Source of the DNA: Acidobacteriota bacterium
GTDB taxonomy: Bacteria; Acidobacteriota; Blastocatellia; RBC074
NCBI GenBank assembly: GCA_031423495.1
Contig: JANPFP010000073.1
Coordinates: forward strand, 36,968-100,967
Direction: 5' to 3'
DNA length: 64,000 bases
The notes below the pieces were generated by a model that worked only from the letters and a program-made list of their open reading frames with translations, was not told the origin of the DNA and did no database searches. Positions 31,196-43,962 of this stretch are shown here, piece after piece (position 1 is the stretch's first letter; each line of letters opens with the position of its first letter). The translations under genes and the position numbers were made by a program.

Positions 31196-31231
31196 GAGGC
31201 AAAATGCCCCAGCACTGAGACAGGCTGCGAC
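31196..31231. promoter_or_regulatory. Candidate tandem enhancer (UAS) sites for the bEBP
   Basis: GAGGCAaaaTGCCCC and GAGACAggcTGCGAC 21 bp apart; related motifs at 31143-31157 and 31112-31126. Confidence 0.45.
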
Positions 31232-31463
31232 AGCCTTTGCTGGCATTCTTCGAAAGGCCATGCCTTGATTTCACTAATGCCAACAACATGCATCGTCTTT
31301 ATGCTTATGCGATTGGTTGATTCGATTGAGAGCGTAAGCGTGATGGCGCGCTTGGCTTGCTTCTTGCTCTAGGCTTGACTGGCACGGTGATGAGGTTTGC
31401 CGCTAAAGTGTGGCGATGAATCTCATAGGTAAATCACCGCGCTTTGCCAGAACAGGCGGCACG

Positions 31464-33080
31464 ATGACAACCAGTACTAAACTCATGTTATGGCTGATGG
31501 TGGCGGTGAGCGTCGTGATGGCGTTGGTCGGCGTCGTGTTGTTGCAACTTCGCACGAACGCATTGGAACAATACGCACTTGATCTGGTCAGAGCGCACGC
31601 GCGTACGTTGCAAATCGCTATCGAAGAACGCCACAGCACCAACGCCGATGTTGAATTGAAGCCTTTGCTCGAACGGCTGGTGCGCGAAAACCAAGCCATC
31701 GCCAACATCATTCTTTATGACGCGCGCGGCGAGATGTTGACCGCTGCGCCTTCCGGCCTGAACGAAGCCCAACTCGACGTGCAAGCCGCGCGGCAAGCAA
31801 TGGCGACCCGCCACGAGATCAAGATCAATCGTCGCATCGCCAATCAAGAAGTCATTTCGTTAATCTTGCCTGAGACCGCCAGCGATTCGCCGTTCGGCGC
31901 GATTGAAATTTCAGTCGCCGTCGCTTTCGTACGCACCGAAGTCGTCAGCGAACGCAATGACATAGTGTTTTTGGGATTGATTACCTGCTTCACGATGTTC
32001 GGCGTGGTCTGGCTGGTCACGCGCCGCAGCCTTGGAAGGCCCATACGCGAACTGGTCACGGGCGCTGAGGCCGTAGGCAAAGGCGATTTGAATTTTCGCG
32101 TAGCCACTCCGTCATCGAGCGGCGATTTCAAAGCACTATCCAACGCCTTTAATCAGATGGCGACTTCGTTGTCAGAGCAGCGGCAAATCGCCACGCAAGA
32201 AGCCGAAGCGCGCCTTGAACTCGAACGTCGCCTGCATCATTCAGAACGACTGGCAGAACGTCTGGCCGCCGTGGGACATCTTGCCGCAGGCGTCGCGCAC
32301 GAGATGGGTGCTCCGTTGCAAGTGATTGACGGACGCGCCAAACAGTTGCAGGAACAAGCTCATCCGACCGCCGACAAGTTGCAACGCAATCTCAAAATTA
32401 TTCGCACGCAAGGCGAACGCATCACGCGCATTGTGCGTACCTTGCTGACGCTCGCCCGCCCGGTGCATCCGCGCTTTCGTTCGGTAGACTTGCGCCAGCA
32501 AGCCGAACTCGCGCTCGAAGCACTGGAAACGCAGGCGCTGCAAAACCGCGTCGCATACGACCACGCCTCAGGCTCGCCGCTTTGGGTTAAGGCCGACCCT
32601 GACCTTTTGCAACAAGTGCTGACCAATCTTTTCGTCAATGCGATTCAGGCCATGCCTGAGGGCGGCACGTTGCGCGTGAGTTACCCCGACACGCCGTTGG
32701 ATAAAGACGGACGCGCTTTCATCGGGATGCGCGTTGCCGATACAGGTTACGGCATTGCGCCCGAAAACCTGCCGCAGATTTTCGATGCATTTTTTACGAC
32801 GAAAGAAGTAGGCAGCGGCACCGGACTCGGCCTTTCGATTTCGAGCCGCATCGTCGAGGAACACGAAGGCTGGCTAAAAGCCGATAACTGGACGAACGGC
32901 AACGGCGAAGGCGGCGCGGTCTTCACGCTTTATTTGCCGCAGGCACCTGCGAACGTCAGTGCTGCGGCGACAGAATTAGCCACGGGGAACACAGGGAACA
33001 CGGGGAAAATCATAGGGTTAGCGGCTTTCCCCGTGGCCCCCGTGATCCCCGTGGCTGACTCGATTTCGTTGTTAAACTAA
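31464..33080 (+). CDS. HAMP-domain sensor histidine kinase (NtrB/AtoS-like)
   Basis: Two TM helices around a periplasmic domain, HAMP, AHEMGAPL, NLFVNAIQAM, FFTTK, GTGLG; start may be 31410. Confidence 0.92.
   Translation: MTTSTKLMLWLMVAVSVVMALVGVVLLQLRTNALEQYALDLVRAHARTLQIAIEERHSTNADVELKPLLERLVRENQAIANIILYDARGEMLTAAPSGLNEAQLDVQAARQAMATRHEIKINRRIANQEVISLILPETASDSPFGAIEISVAVAFVRTEVVSERNDIVFLGLITCFTMFGVVWLVTRRSLGRPIRELVTGAEAVGKGDLNFRVATPSSSGDFKALSNAFNQMATSLSEQRQIATQEAEARLELERRLHHSERLAERLAAVGHLAAGVAHEMGAPLQVIDGRAKQLQEQAHPTADKLQRNLKIIRTQGERITRIVRTLLTLARPVHPRFRSVDLRQQAELALEALETQALQNRVAYDHASGSPLWVKADPDLLQQVLTNLFVNAIQAMPEGGTLRVSYPDTPLDKDGRAFIGMRVADTGYGIAPENLPQIFDAFFTTKEVGSGTGLGLSISSRIVEEHEGWLKADNWTNGNGEGGAVFTLYLPQAPANVSAAATELATGNTGNTGKIIGLAAFPVAPVIPVADSISLLN
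32978..33056. repeat. Inverted pair of 9-mer triplets (CACGGGGAA x3 / TTCCCCGTG-like x3), in frame in the kinase C-terminus
   Basis: agc cacggggaa cacagggaa cacggggaa ... ttccccgtg gcccccgtg atccccgtg gct. Confidence 0.8.
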
Positions 33081-33118
33081 TTTTTCAAAGGCCATAAGCC
33101 GATACTACGAACTAACGA

Positions 33119-34486
33119 ATGAACACTCAACGCATTTTGATTGCCGAAGACGACGCAGACTTGCGCGATCTTTTGCAGGACGATCTCGAAGACGCAGGTT
33201 ACGAGACCAGACTCGCCACCGATGGCCGCGCCGCGCATCGCTTGCTGGAAGACGCGAACGAATGGTTCGACCTGTTGCTGACCGATGTGCGTATGCCCGG
33301 TCTCACCGGCAAAGAATTACTTAGTGCCGCGCGCGAGATGCGTCCTGAAATTCCGGTCATCGTCATCACAGCTTTCGGCTCGGTCGAAGACGCCGTAGGC
33401 ATGGTTAAGGCCGGTGCGTTTGAATACTTGACCAAGCCGTTTGAGAGTTCGCAGCTTTTACCATTGATCGAACGCGCTCTGGCAGAAACCGCCGCGTCGC
33501 GCGAACAAACACGCTTGCGCCGTACTTTGCCGCAAACGCCGCCGCGTTTGATTGGCGCTTCGTTGCACATGCAGGAGCTTTTCAAACTCATCGCACGCGC
33601 CGCACGCGGTGCGAGCAACGTACTTATCACTGGCGAATCGGGTACGGGCAAAGAAGTCGTCGCGCGCTCGATTCACGAAATGTCTGATCGCAAAGGCGCG
33701 TTCGTACCCGTCAATTGCGCAGCCATTCCCGCCGAGTTAATCGAAGCTGAACTGTTCGGTCACACGGGACAAGCCTTCACCGGAGCCAAACAAGTGCGCG
33801 CCGGGCTGTTTGAATCAGCCGAAGGCGGTACGTTGTTTCTCGATGAAATCGGTGAGTTGTCGTTGCCGATGCAACCCAAACTGCTGCGCGTATTGCAGGA
33901 AGGGAAAGTCCGTCGCGTCGGAGCCGACGCCGAAAAAGACATAGACGTACGCGTCATTGCCGCCACCAACCGCGAACTCGAAAAAGAAATGCAGGAAGGC
34001 CGCTTCCGCGAAGATTTATTTTGGCGGCTGAACGTGATTCATCTGCACATCGCTCCGTTGCGCGAACGGCCTTTTGACATTCCGCTATTGGTCGAACACT
34101 TCCTGCGCAAGGTGACGCGCGGCAAACAGCAGTTTTTAGTCAGCCCTGAAACATTGGCCGTACTCACCGCTTATGGTTGGCCCGGCAACGCACGCGAACT
34201 CGAAAACGCCATCGAACGCGCTGTCGCGCTGGCTGATGGCGTGACACTGTTGCCGACTGACTTGCCCGAACGCATTCGTTCAAGCGGACAAACCGCCCAC
34301 CTGCTGGCACAGGCGCGCGGACAGCGTTTAACACTGCGCGAGTTAGAGCGGGAATACATTTTAGAAACTTTGCGATTCACTGATGGCAACAAATCGCGTG
34401 CGGCGGAATTGCTGGGCTTCGACCGCCGCACGCTGCATCGCAAGCTGGATGAATATCGGGCTGAAGACCCGACATTGACGGTTTAA
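33119..34486 (+). CDS. Sigma54-dependent response regulator (NtrC/AtoC family)
   Basis: Receiver [34 protein letters not shown], Fis-type HTH. Confidence 0.95.
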   Translation: MNTQRILIAEDDADLRDLLQDDLEDAGYETRLATDGRAAHRLLEDANEWFDLLLTDVRMPGLTGKELLSAAREMRPEIPVIVITAFGSVEDAVGMVKAGAFEYLTKPFESSQLLPLIERALAETAASREQTRLRRTLPQTPPRLIGASLHMQELFKLIARAARGASNVLITGESGTGKEVVARSIHEMSDRKGAFVPVNCAAIPAELIEAELFGHTGQAFTGAKQVRAGLFESAEGGTLFLDEIGELSLPMQPKLLRVLQEGKVRRVGADAEKDIDVRVIAATNRELEKEMQEGRFREDLFWRLNVIHLHIAPLRERPFDIPLLVEHFLRKVTRGKQQFLVSPETLAVLTAYGWPGNARELENAIERAVALADGVTLLPTDLPERIRSSGQTAHLLAQARGQRLTLRELEREYILETLRFTDGNKSRAAELLGFDRRTLHRKLDEYRAEDPTLTV

Positions 34487-34500
34487 TCGCGCCTCTGTCG

Positions 34501-34989
34501 TTAGTGGTTCGAGTCTTTCTCTTGTTCCATTGCTTGTAGAAACTCTTCGGGAGTCACGATTTTCAAGAACCGATACTGTCGCTGAAATTCTCGTCCCACG
34601 GCATCAGTCCATTTTCTCAAAGCGAGCAAATCGTTATCGCGGCTGACCAGATAATCGGCTTTCATTTCAATCGCAAGATTCAGGAACGGTTCATCTTTAG
34701 GATCGCGCGGATACTCAAACCACCGCGTAACCTCTCGCAAGTAAATTCCCCGATAGCGCAGGAACTCAATCAAGGCCGTGACCTTTTCATCCGTGAGTTG
34801 TTGGTATCGGTCTCGCAGGCTGGATCGTGAAAGAACGTCGCGAGCTTCTTTGAGAGTTTCACGGCTGACCGCGACATCAACCTCGCCGCGCCTGAAATAA
34901 GCCAAGCACTTGGCGGCAGGTCCCTTGTCGCTCAACAAACTTTGCAGAATGGTGTTCGTGTCGAATACGACAAGATATTTGTTGCTCAC
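34501..34989 (-). CDS. PIN-domain toxin of a putative TA pair
   Basis: VVFDTNTI, RDPKDEPFL, VSRDNDLL, IVTPEEF. Confidence 0.88.
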   Translation of the reverse strand: MSNKYLVVFDTNTILQSLLSDKGPAAKCLAYFRRGEVDVAVSRETLKEARDVLSRSSLRDRYQQLTDEKVTALIEFLRYRGIYLREVTRWFEYPRDPKDEPFLNLAIEMKADYLVSRDNDLLALRKWTDAVGREFQRQYRFLKIVTPEEFLQAMEQEKDSNH

Positions 34990-35228
34990 GATGAACGCGC
35001 TCTGACTTCCTGAATCGCCTCATTGATCTCAGCTTCCAATTGTTCTTCGGTAAGCCCTTGTTGCGCGACTTCTTCTCGTACGTCAGCGAATAAGTCCCAC
35101 GGATCGGTAAGCTCAGAAACTTTGCGGATGGCATCTTCTGCGAATTGTTGAAGCGTCATCCCTCTTTCAGTAGCTCTGGTGACGGCAATGGTTTCAAGGT
35201 CTGCTGGTAGCGTAATTGTCGCACTCAT
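34986..35228 (-). CDS. Putative antitoxin
   Basis: 80 aa, acidic, 4-nt overlap upstream of the PIN gene; GLTEEQLEAEINEAIQEVR. Confidence 0.75.
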   Translation of the reverse strand: MSATITLPADLETIAVTRATERGMTLQQFAEDAIRKVSELTDPWDLFADVREEVAQQGLTEEQLEAEINEAIQEVRARSS

Positions 35229-35277
35229 AAAAATCTCCTCCTGAACGTTAAGGCGCGGCGCATTCTAACAAAAGGTC

Positions 35278-36477
35278 TTAGCGAAACGTGAGCGCCCGCC
35301 ACAGCATCTGCCGCCGTACCTTGGAAGTCATCAACAAGCCGATAGCCATCACGAGATACAAGCCGCTGAACACGTCTCGAATGTAAGGTTGCGGGAACAA
35401 AAACTGCGCGCCGAATAGCACCAGCAACAAGACGCCTTCCCACAACGCCAGCCGAAAATCGGCAATGATGACGGCGGCGAAAAACGATTGCGCTGAGGTC
35501 AGCAACATTTCTTCTTTGTGCTGACGAGTTAAGACCATTGCTCCGAAATTGCCAAACTTGGAATAAACGCCGAGGCCATAAACCAGTGGCAGCGCACCGA
35601 CCAGTAAAGTCCATTGATTGACCTTTGACGAAACCAACGCGCCGATGCCGGTCGAGCCTTTGCCTTTCAACGCAAACAACAACGCCACCAAACCTTCGGG
35701 CGATTCCGAAGCCAGCGGCGCGAGCCATTGCACCAGCAAAAACTGGCTCACGCCATATTGCGTACCTGTAGCTTTCAATCCTTCGGCAAAGGGTTCGGAT
35801 GAAAACCAGATGACCAATCCGGCAAACGCGAAAAACGAAATGATGCACAGTCGTCGCCCACCATCGCCGAGCCGTTTATCCAGTTCGCCAGCGAGTCCGT
35901 CGAGTTCGGGTTCTTCGTGCTTGTCGCTTCTCGAAGCGCGATAGGCATAGAGCAAAAAGATGCTGAACATCACGACCATATCCACCAGCGACAACGTACC
36001 TTTCAACGGAATCACCAGCGAATAAATCGTCGCCAACATCAAGAAGCCGAGTTCCAATTCCTGCGAATCGTCGAGCGGCACTTCTTTTTTGCCATGCTTG
36101 AGATAATAGACGATGGCGACCAAAGCCCAACCTACGCCAATGAGGATGCGGTTCGCGCCGGTCATATTGGCGATGGCAAGCCCTTCGTGCGTACCCGACT
36201 GGCCTTCCGTCCAGGCGTAGTGCAATCCAATCGCGTATTCGGGCAGCACGCTAATCAGCGCCAGAAAGATCAACGCCAACGCGCGCGGAATGTCGCGTTC
36301 AGAGAGTTCAGCGCCCCAGCCGAGCATAAAAGCTGCACCGACGATTGCGAGTCCTGTCAGGCACGAAACCATCGCCGGATGCGAAACTTCCATTTCGTGT
36401 ACTTGTCCGGTCACAACGAAAAACAACCACGGCAACGTGATAAGAATTGCAACGAAGAGCCAAATTAAGGTTTTCAT
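35278..36477 (-). CDS. Cation:H+ / Na+:Ca2+ exchanger family membrane protein
   Basis: Alpha repeats VLPEYAI...ANMTGAN and LASESPE...SSKVNQW. Confidence 0.85.
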   Translation of the reverse strand: MKTLIWLFVAILITLPWLFFVVTGQVHEMEVSHPAMVSCLTGLAIVGAAFMLGWGAELSERDIPRALALIFLALISVLPEYAIGLHYAWTEGQSGTHEGLAIANMTGANRILIGVGWALVAIVYYLKHGKKEVPLDDSQELELGFLMLATIYSLVIPLKGTLSLVDMVVMFSIFLLYAYRASRSDKHEEPELDGLAGELDKRLGDGGRRLCIISFFAFAGLVIWFSSEPFAEGLKATGTQYGVSQFLLVQWLAPLASESPEGLVALLFALKGKGSTGIGALVSSKVNQWTLLVGALPLVYGLGVYSKFGNFGAMVLTRQHKEEMLLTSAQSFFAAVIIADFRLALWEGVLLLVLFGAQFLFPQPYIRDVFSGLYLVMAIGLLMTSKVRRQMLWRALTFR

Positions 36478-36480
36478 TCA

Positions 36481-36548
36481 GTTAGTCGCTAATGGCTGGT
36501 GGCTAGCGATTGGTGACCGATACTAGCCACTAACCACTAACCACTAAC
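36481..36548. repeat. Inverted heptamer arrays (GTTAGTG-like / CACTAAC) forming an imperfect hairpin
   Basis: gttagtcgctaatggctggtggctag versus ctagccactaaccactaaccactaac. Confidence 0.8.
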
Positions 36549-36556
36549 CACAGCTT

Positions 36557-36970
36557 TCATGCTCCGATAATTTTGATGATGACGCGCTTGCGGCGCATGC
36601 CGTCGAACTCGGCGTAATAAATCTGCTGCCAAGTGCCGAGATCGAGTTGGCCTTTGGTGATAGGAACGATGACTTGATGATGCATCAACAGGTTTTTGAG
36701 ATGCGCATCGCCGTTGTCTTCGCCAGTTTGGTGGTGGCGATAATCTTCGCGCATCGGCGCAAGGCGTTCGAGCCATTCGTCAATGTCGGCGATCAAGCCG
36801 TCTTCAGCGTCGTTCACATAAACCGAAGCCGTGATGTGCATCGCCGACACCAGCGCGAGCCCTTCCTCGACGCCGCTTTCGTCGAGCGCCCGCGCGACTT
36901 CGTCGGTGATGTTGAGGTAATCGCGCCGCTTCGGCGTTTGGAAGACGAGATATTTCGTATGCGATTTCAT
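36557..36970 (-). CDS. yjbQ: YjbQ family (secondary thiamine-phosphate synthase-like)
   Basis: [36 protein letters not shown]. Confidence 0.9.
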   Translation of the reverse strand: MKSHTKYLVFQTPKRRDYLNITDEVARALDESGVEEGLALVSAMHITASVYVNDAEDGLIADIDEWLERLAPMREDYRHHQTGEDNGDAHLKNLLMHHQVIVPITKGQLDLGTWQQIYYAEFDGMRRKRVIIKIIGA

Positions 36971-37141
36971 TGCTTGTTAGTTGAGTGACGGCGTGCAGAT
37001 TATGGCTGGCGTCACGGCGCAGGGCAACCGCTAAAAAGGAAAGCGCTTTTGCCGCTTCGTGACGCGGCGCGCGCGCCGAATTAGAATGCCTGCGCCAATC
37101 GCGGCAAACACAGTTCTACAATCCACTTTTATCAGAAATCT

Positions 37142-37921
37142 ATGAAACGTTTAGCAGACAAAGTTGCAATCATTACCGGCTCAGGCCAGGGCATGGGCGA
37201 AGGCATCGCCCGCTTGTTCGTCGAAGCCGGAGCCAAAGTCGTTATCTCAGGACGCGACGACCTCAAAGGCCCGGGCGTCGTCGAAAGCATTCGCGCGCAA
37301 GGCGGCGAAGCCATTTTTCACCGCGCCGATGTTTCGGTCGAAGCCGAATGCCGCGCCTTGATTGACCGTGCCGTCGAACATTTCGGACAACTCGACGTGC
37401 TGGTCAATAACGTAGGCCTCAGCACGCGCTCCACCATCGAAGACACGACGGTTGAACTGTGGGATCACCTGTTCGCTACCAACGTGCGCAGCGCGTTTAT
37501 CTGTTCGCAACAGGCTTTCAAACACATGAAGCCACGACAGACGGGTTCGATCATCAACATCGGTTCGGTCAATGCTTACATCGGCGAACCCAAATTGCTG
37601 GCTTATTCGGCGACGAAAGGCGCAATGATGACCTTCACCAAAAATCTGGCGAGTTATGCCAACCAGTTTCGCATCCGCGTCAATCAACTCAACGTAGGCT
37701 GGACGGAAACCCCCAACGAACACCGCGTCAAAAAAGAAGAAGAAGGCAAAGACGGCAACTGGCTGGAAGACGCTCATGCGACGCGCCCTTTCGGACGTTT
37801 GCTCGTACCGCGCGACATCGCTTACGCCGCGCTCTATTTCGCCAGCGATGAAAGCGCCTTGATTACTGGTTCTGTTTTGGATATGGAACAACATCCCGTC
37901 GGTGGCCCGCCGAATTGGTAG
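37142..37921 (+). CDS. SDR family oxidoreductase
   Basis: TGSGQGMG, LVNNVG, YSATK. Confidence 0.92.
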   Translation: MKRLADKVAIITGSGQGMGEGIARLFVEAGAKVVISGRDDLKGPGVVESIRAQGGEAIFHRADVSVEAECRALIDRAVEHFGQLDVLVNNVGLSTRSTIEDTTVELWDHLFATNVRSAFICSQQAFKHMKPRQTGSIINIGSVNAYIGEPKLLAYSATKGAMMTFTKNLASYANQFRIRVNQLNVGWTETPNEHRVKKEEEGKDGNWLEDAHATRPFGRLLVPRDIAYAALYFASDESALITGSVLDMEQHPVGGPPNW

Positions 37922-37939
37922 AGTCGAACGCGCAAGCAT

Positions 37940-38002
37940 GTAGTCCCGCCTTGAGGCGGAATGTCTCGCTCGCCGAAACATTCCGCCTCAAGGCGGGACT
38001 AC
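37940..38002. repeat. REP doublet, GTAG family
   Basis: GTAGTCCCGCCTTGAGGCGGAATGT ... ACATTCCGCCTCAAGGCGGGACTAC. Confidence 0.85.
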
Positions 38003-38022
38003 GAACAGTAGGAGCTTTTCCA

Positions 38023-38571
38023 ATGAGATTTTTCCGCAAGCTGTTAGCAGCGCCTTTCGTAGCGATTGCCACCATCATCATCCTGCTAGAAGACTGGCTG
38101 TGGGATGATTTGCAACGGCTGGCCGCCGCCATCGGACGGCTGCCGGTTTTCAAACAACTCGAAACGCTCATCGTCAGCCTGCCGCCTTATGCCTGTTTGC
38201 TCACTTTTGCCGCGCCTTCGTTGTTGCTGATTCCGGTCAAACTCGCGGCGTTGTATTTCATCGCGCACCAGCATGCGACGTTGGGCTTGCTCACCGTTGT
38301 CAGCGCGAAGTTCGTCGGCACTGCGCTTGTCGCCCGCATTTATAAACTCACCGAAAACAAGCTGCTGCAAATCGGCTGGTTCGCGCGGCTGCACACGCGG
38401 TTTGTCGCGTTCAAAACGAAAGTCTATAAGGTCATCAAAGCTACGCGGGTTTATCAAAGGGCGCACGCTTACAAATTGCGTATCAAAGAATCGCTGCGCC
38501 GTCATAAGCAATCTTTCCTGCAACGCCGTTGGGTCGCCGCACTCAAACTCTCGCGCAAGACGAGCCGCTAA
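38023..38571 (+). CDS. Conserved hypothetical membrane protein
   Basis: AGGAG RBS, LEDWLWD, three hydrophobic segments. Confidence 0.7.
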   Translation: MRFFRKLLAAPFVAIATIIILLEDWLWDDLQRLAAAIGRLPVFKQLETLIVSLPPYACLLTFAAPSLLLIPVKLAALYFIAHQHATLGLLTVVSAKFVGTALVARIYKLTENKLLQIGWFARLHTRFVAFKTKVYKVIKATRVYQRAHAYKLRIKESLRRHKQSFLQRRWVAALKLSRKTSR

Positions 38572-38850
38572 CGCCTCACATCATTCATCCGATCAACTTC
38601 GATATTCACCATCCCTAAATCGAAGCCGCTCTCTTTCACAACGCTTCGCAGTTCGTCTTAGTTACGGGTAATATGCTGGTTCTTTGGGCGAATGGGGCGA
38701 GTTGGATTCGATGCCGATGTTGATTAAGCGGGCGGCTGTATTGTTGTATCGGTTGACGCGCTAAACCATCATGTCAACGCGCAAGGGATTGATTGATCTG
38801 AGCGACAATTTACCATTGCATTTCTGTCTGTGCGGGAAGAAGAACCAATT

Positions 38851-40118
38851 ATGATTCGTTTAGTCGAAGCTCTTAATTTTCGTTGCCTCAAATACATTCA
38901 CCAGGAACTGGATTCGTTTCACGTTCTAGTTGGGCCGAATGCAAGTGGCAAAACAACTTTTCTCGACACGATCTCTTTCCTCGGTCAGCTTGTCTCAAAC
39001 GGGTTGGAAGCTGCCGTCAACGAACGGACGCAAAATTTTCAAGACTTGCTTTGGGGCAGGACTGGCGACCGGCTTGAATTGGCGATTGAAGCAGTTATTC
39101 CGGCGGAGTTTGCTGACCGCCCAGGAATCAATGACTATGACCGGGTTCGTTACGAAATCGCCTTGGGAATTGAACAGACAGAATTGGCAATTCTGTCTGA
39201 AAAAGTCTTGTTAAAAAAAGCAAGTGAACAACTTATTCTCGAAAATAACGGCAGGAACCAAAATATGTTGTTCCCCGTTGAGGCCAATGCCCCTACTAGC
39301 TTAATAACTCGCAAAACTACACAAGGAACACGTCCAGTCGTCAGCAAAATGCCAAGTGGTAATGATAATTTTTACCCCGAAGTTCAGTCGAATGGAAAAA
39401 GAAAAGGGTGGGCTCCATCATTCAAACTTGGGCCTCGCAAATCTGCCCTGGGTAACCTGCCTGATGATGAAAACAAGTTTCCTGTTACTACTTGGTTAAA
39501 AACTTTATTGATTGATGGTGTTCAGCCATTTGTGTTGAACAGCCAATTGATTCGCAAAGCTAGCCCGCCATGGCAAATTCGTCGGTTTAAACCTGACGGC
39601 TCGAATTTGCCCTGGGTGATTCACAGGCTTCAACAAACTAACCGTTATTCTGATTGGCTCGCACACTTGCGCACAGCATTGCCGGACATTGAAAACATTC
39701 GCATAGTCGAGAAAGAGGAAGACAAGCATCGGTACTTGATGATCTGTTATCGGGGTGGATTAGAAGTACCTTCATGGGTTGCTTCAGATGGAACCTTACG
39801 TTTGCTAGCGTTGACGTTACCTGCGTACCTACCTGAGTTCAAGGGCGTTTACTTGATCGAAGAACCGGAAAATGGCATCCACCCACGTGCAGTCGAAACC
39901 ATGTTTCAATCGCTCTCATCGGTGTATGACGCGCAGATTCTGTTGGCGTCACATTCACCAGTCATTTTAGGAATGGCGGAAGTTGATTCTGTGCTGTGTT
40001 TTGCCAAAACGCCTGAAGGTGTCACTGATATAGTACGCGGCAATCAGCATCCGGCCTTGCGGGAATGGCGAGGCCAGACCAATTTGGGAGTACTATTTGC
40101 GAGCGGAGTATTGGGATA

Positions 40119-40119
<1 letters not shown>
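38851..40119 (+). CDS. mad3: ABC/AAA_21-type ATPase, MADS MAD3-like
   Basis: LNFRCL, GPNASGKT, SDGTLR, IEEPENGIHP, SHSP; upstream of a MAD4-like gene; AT-richer. Confidence 0.7.
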
Positions 40120-42771
<2,652 letters not shown>

Positions 42772-42791
42772 TCGTCACTTACCATCAATCG

Positions 42792-42827
42792 CAAAGGGTG
42801 GTGCAAAATTTTTGGCACCACCTTTTG
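42792..42827 (+). terminator. Intrinsic terminator after thiC
   Basis: CAAAGGGTGGTGC / GCACCACCTTTTG. Confidence 0.6.
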
Positions 42828-42863
42828 TCAGCAAAGAAGCTGGAAGAATATAAAAGAGGACTT

Positions 42864-43961
42864 ATGACGAAAGACCTACACGCTAAGCCTTTCGATGAGG
42901 GGACGAAAGCCAAGCTTGCTATTTTTCGCGACTATCTACGCGAGTGGCTGCCTGTGTTTGTTGCGCCAGATACTCCGCGTTGGACAACCATCAACATTTT
43001 CGACTTTTTTGCGGGGCCAGGCGCTGATATAGAAGGAACCAAAGGAACACCGTTGATAATTCTTGAAGAACTTGAAGCGCATACACACAGCCTAAAAATC
43101 AAAGGTCTCAAGGTAAATCTCTACTTTAACGAATACGAAAAAGACAAATGTGAAGAACTCAAGGTGAAACTCAAAAGTATGCCGTCGAATGTATACATAA
43201 TTTGGCCGCCCGATAACCTTGATTTCAAAACTGCGTTCGACAAAGAATTTCCGAAAATGCAGAAGAATGATTGTGCAAACCTCTTGTTTTTGGACCAAAA
43301 TGGCATCAAACATATCACTGAAGACGTCTTCAGGAAGATTATCGGCTTGAAACACACAGATTTTTTGTTCTTTATTTCATCTTCGACCTTCAAGCGGTTT
43401 TCAGAGCATCCATCTATTGTACGACATATAAAGCTAAGCCCGGAGGAAATTGACAAAACTGATTACCACCATATTCACAGGCTTGTTCTTGGCTACTACA
43501 AAAGCCTGATCCCTCAAGGTAAAGAGTATTTCTTAGCTCCGTTTTCGCTTAAAAAGAATGCAAACATTTATGGAATTATTTTTGGAAGCAGCCATGTTTA
43601 TGGGATTGAAAAATTCCTGAGAACTTGCTGGAAGGTTGACCCTGAAAGAGGGGCTGCTAATTTTGACATTGATGACGACAAAATTAATCCGGGTCAGTTA
43701 GGCTTGTTCACGGGAACTGAAAAGCGCCCCAAGAAAGTAGAACGCTTTGAGGGTGATCTGCATGATAAAATATTGGACAAACAACTAAGAACTGATCGAG
43801 ATGTTTACTTGCATACTCTATCAAACGGCTTTCTTCCCAAGCACGCGAGAGAGGTGTTAAGACGTTTGATAAAAGAAAACAAAATCGAGAAGAGTTCGTT
43901 AGAATTATCGCACAAGGTATGCAAACCCAATGCGACACCAAAAGAACTAAGGACTATATAA
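42864..43961 (+). CDS. tcmP: Three-Cys-motif partner protein (methyltransferase-like fold, C-terminal wHTH-like)
   Basis: TKAKLAIFRDYL, DFFAGPG, FNE, LFLDQNG; paired with DUF5131; AT-rich. Confidence 0.8.
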   Translation: MTKDLHAKPFDEGTKAKLAIFRDYLREWLPVFVAPDTPRWTTINIFDFFAGPGADIEGTKGTPLIILEELEAHTHSLKIKGLKVNLYFNEYEKDKCEELKVKLKSMPSNVYIIWPPDNLDFKTAFDKEFPKMQKNDCANLLFLDQNGIKHITEDVFRKIIGLKHTDFLFFISSSTFKRFSEHPSIVRHIKLSPEEIDKTDYHHIHRLVLGYYKSLIPQGKEYFLAPFSLKKNANIYGIIFGSSHVYGIEKFLRTCWKVDPERGAANFDIDDDKINPGQLGLFTGTEKRPKKVERFEGDLHDKILDKQLRTDRDVYLHTLSNGFLPKHAREVLRRLIKENKIEKSSLELSHKVCKPNATPKELRTI

Positions 43962-43962
43962 A

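Noticed and set aside
31379-31400. CTGGCACG upstream of the kinase as a second sigma54 promoter
   Set aside because: No GC ten bases after the GG; spacing is wrong
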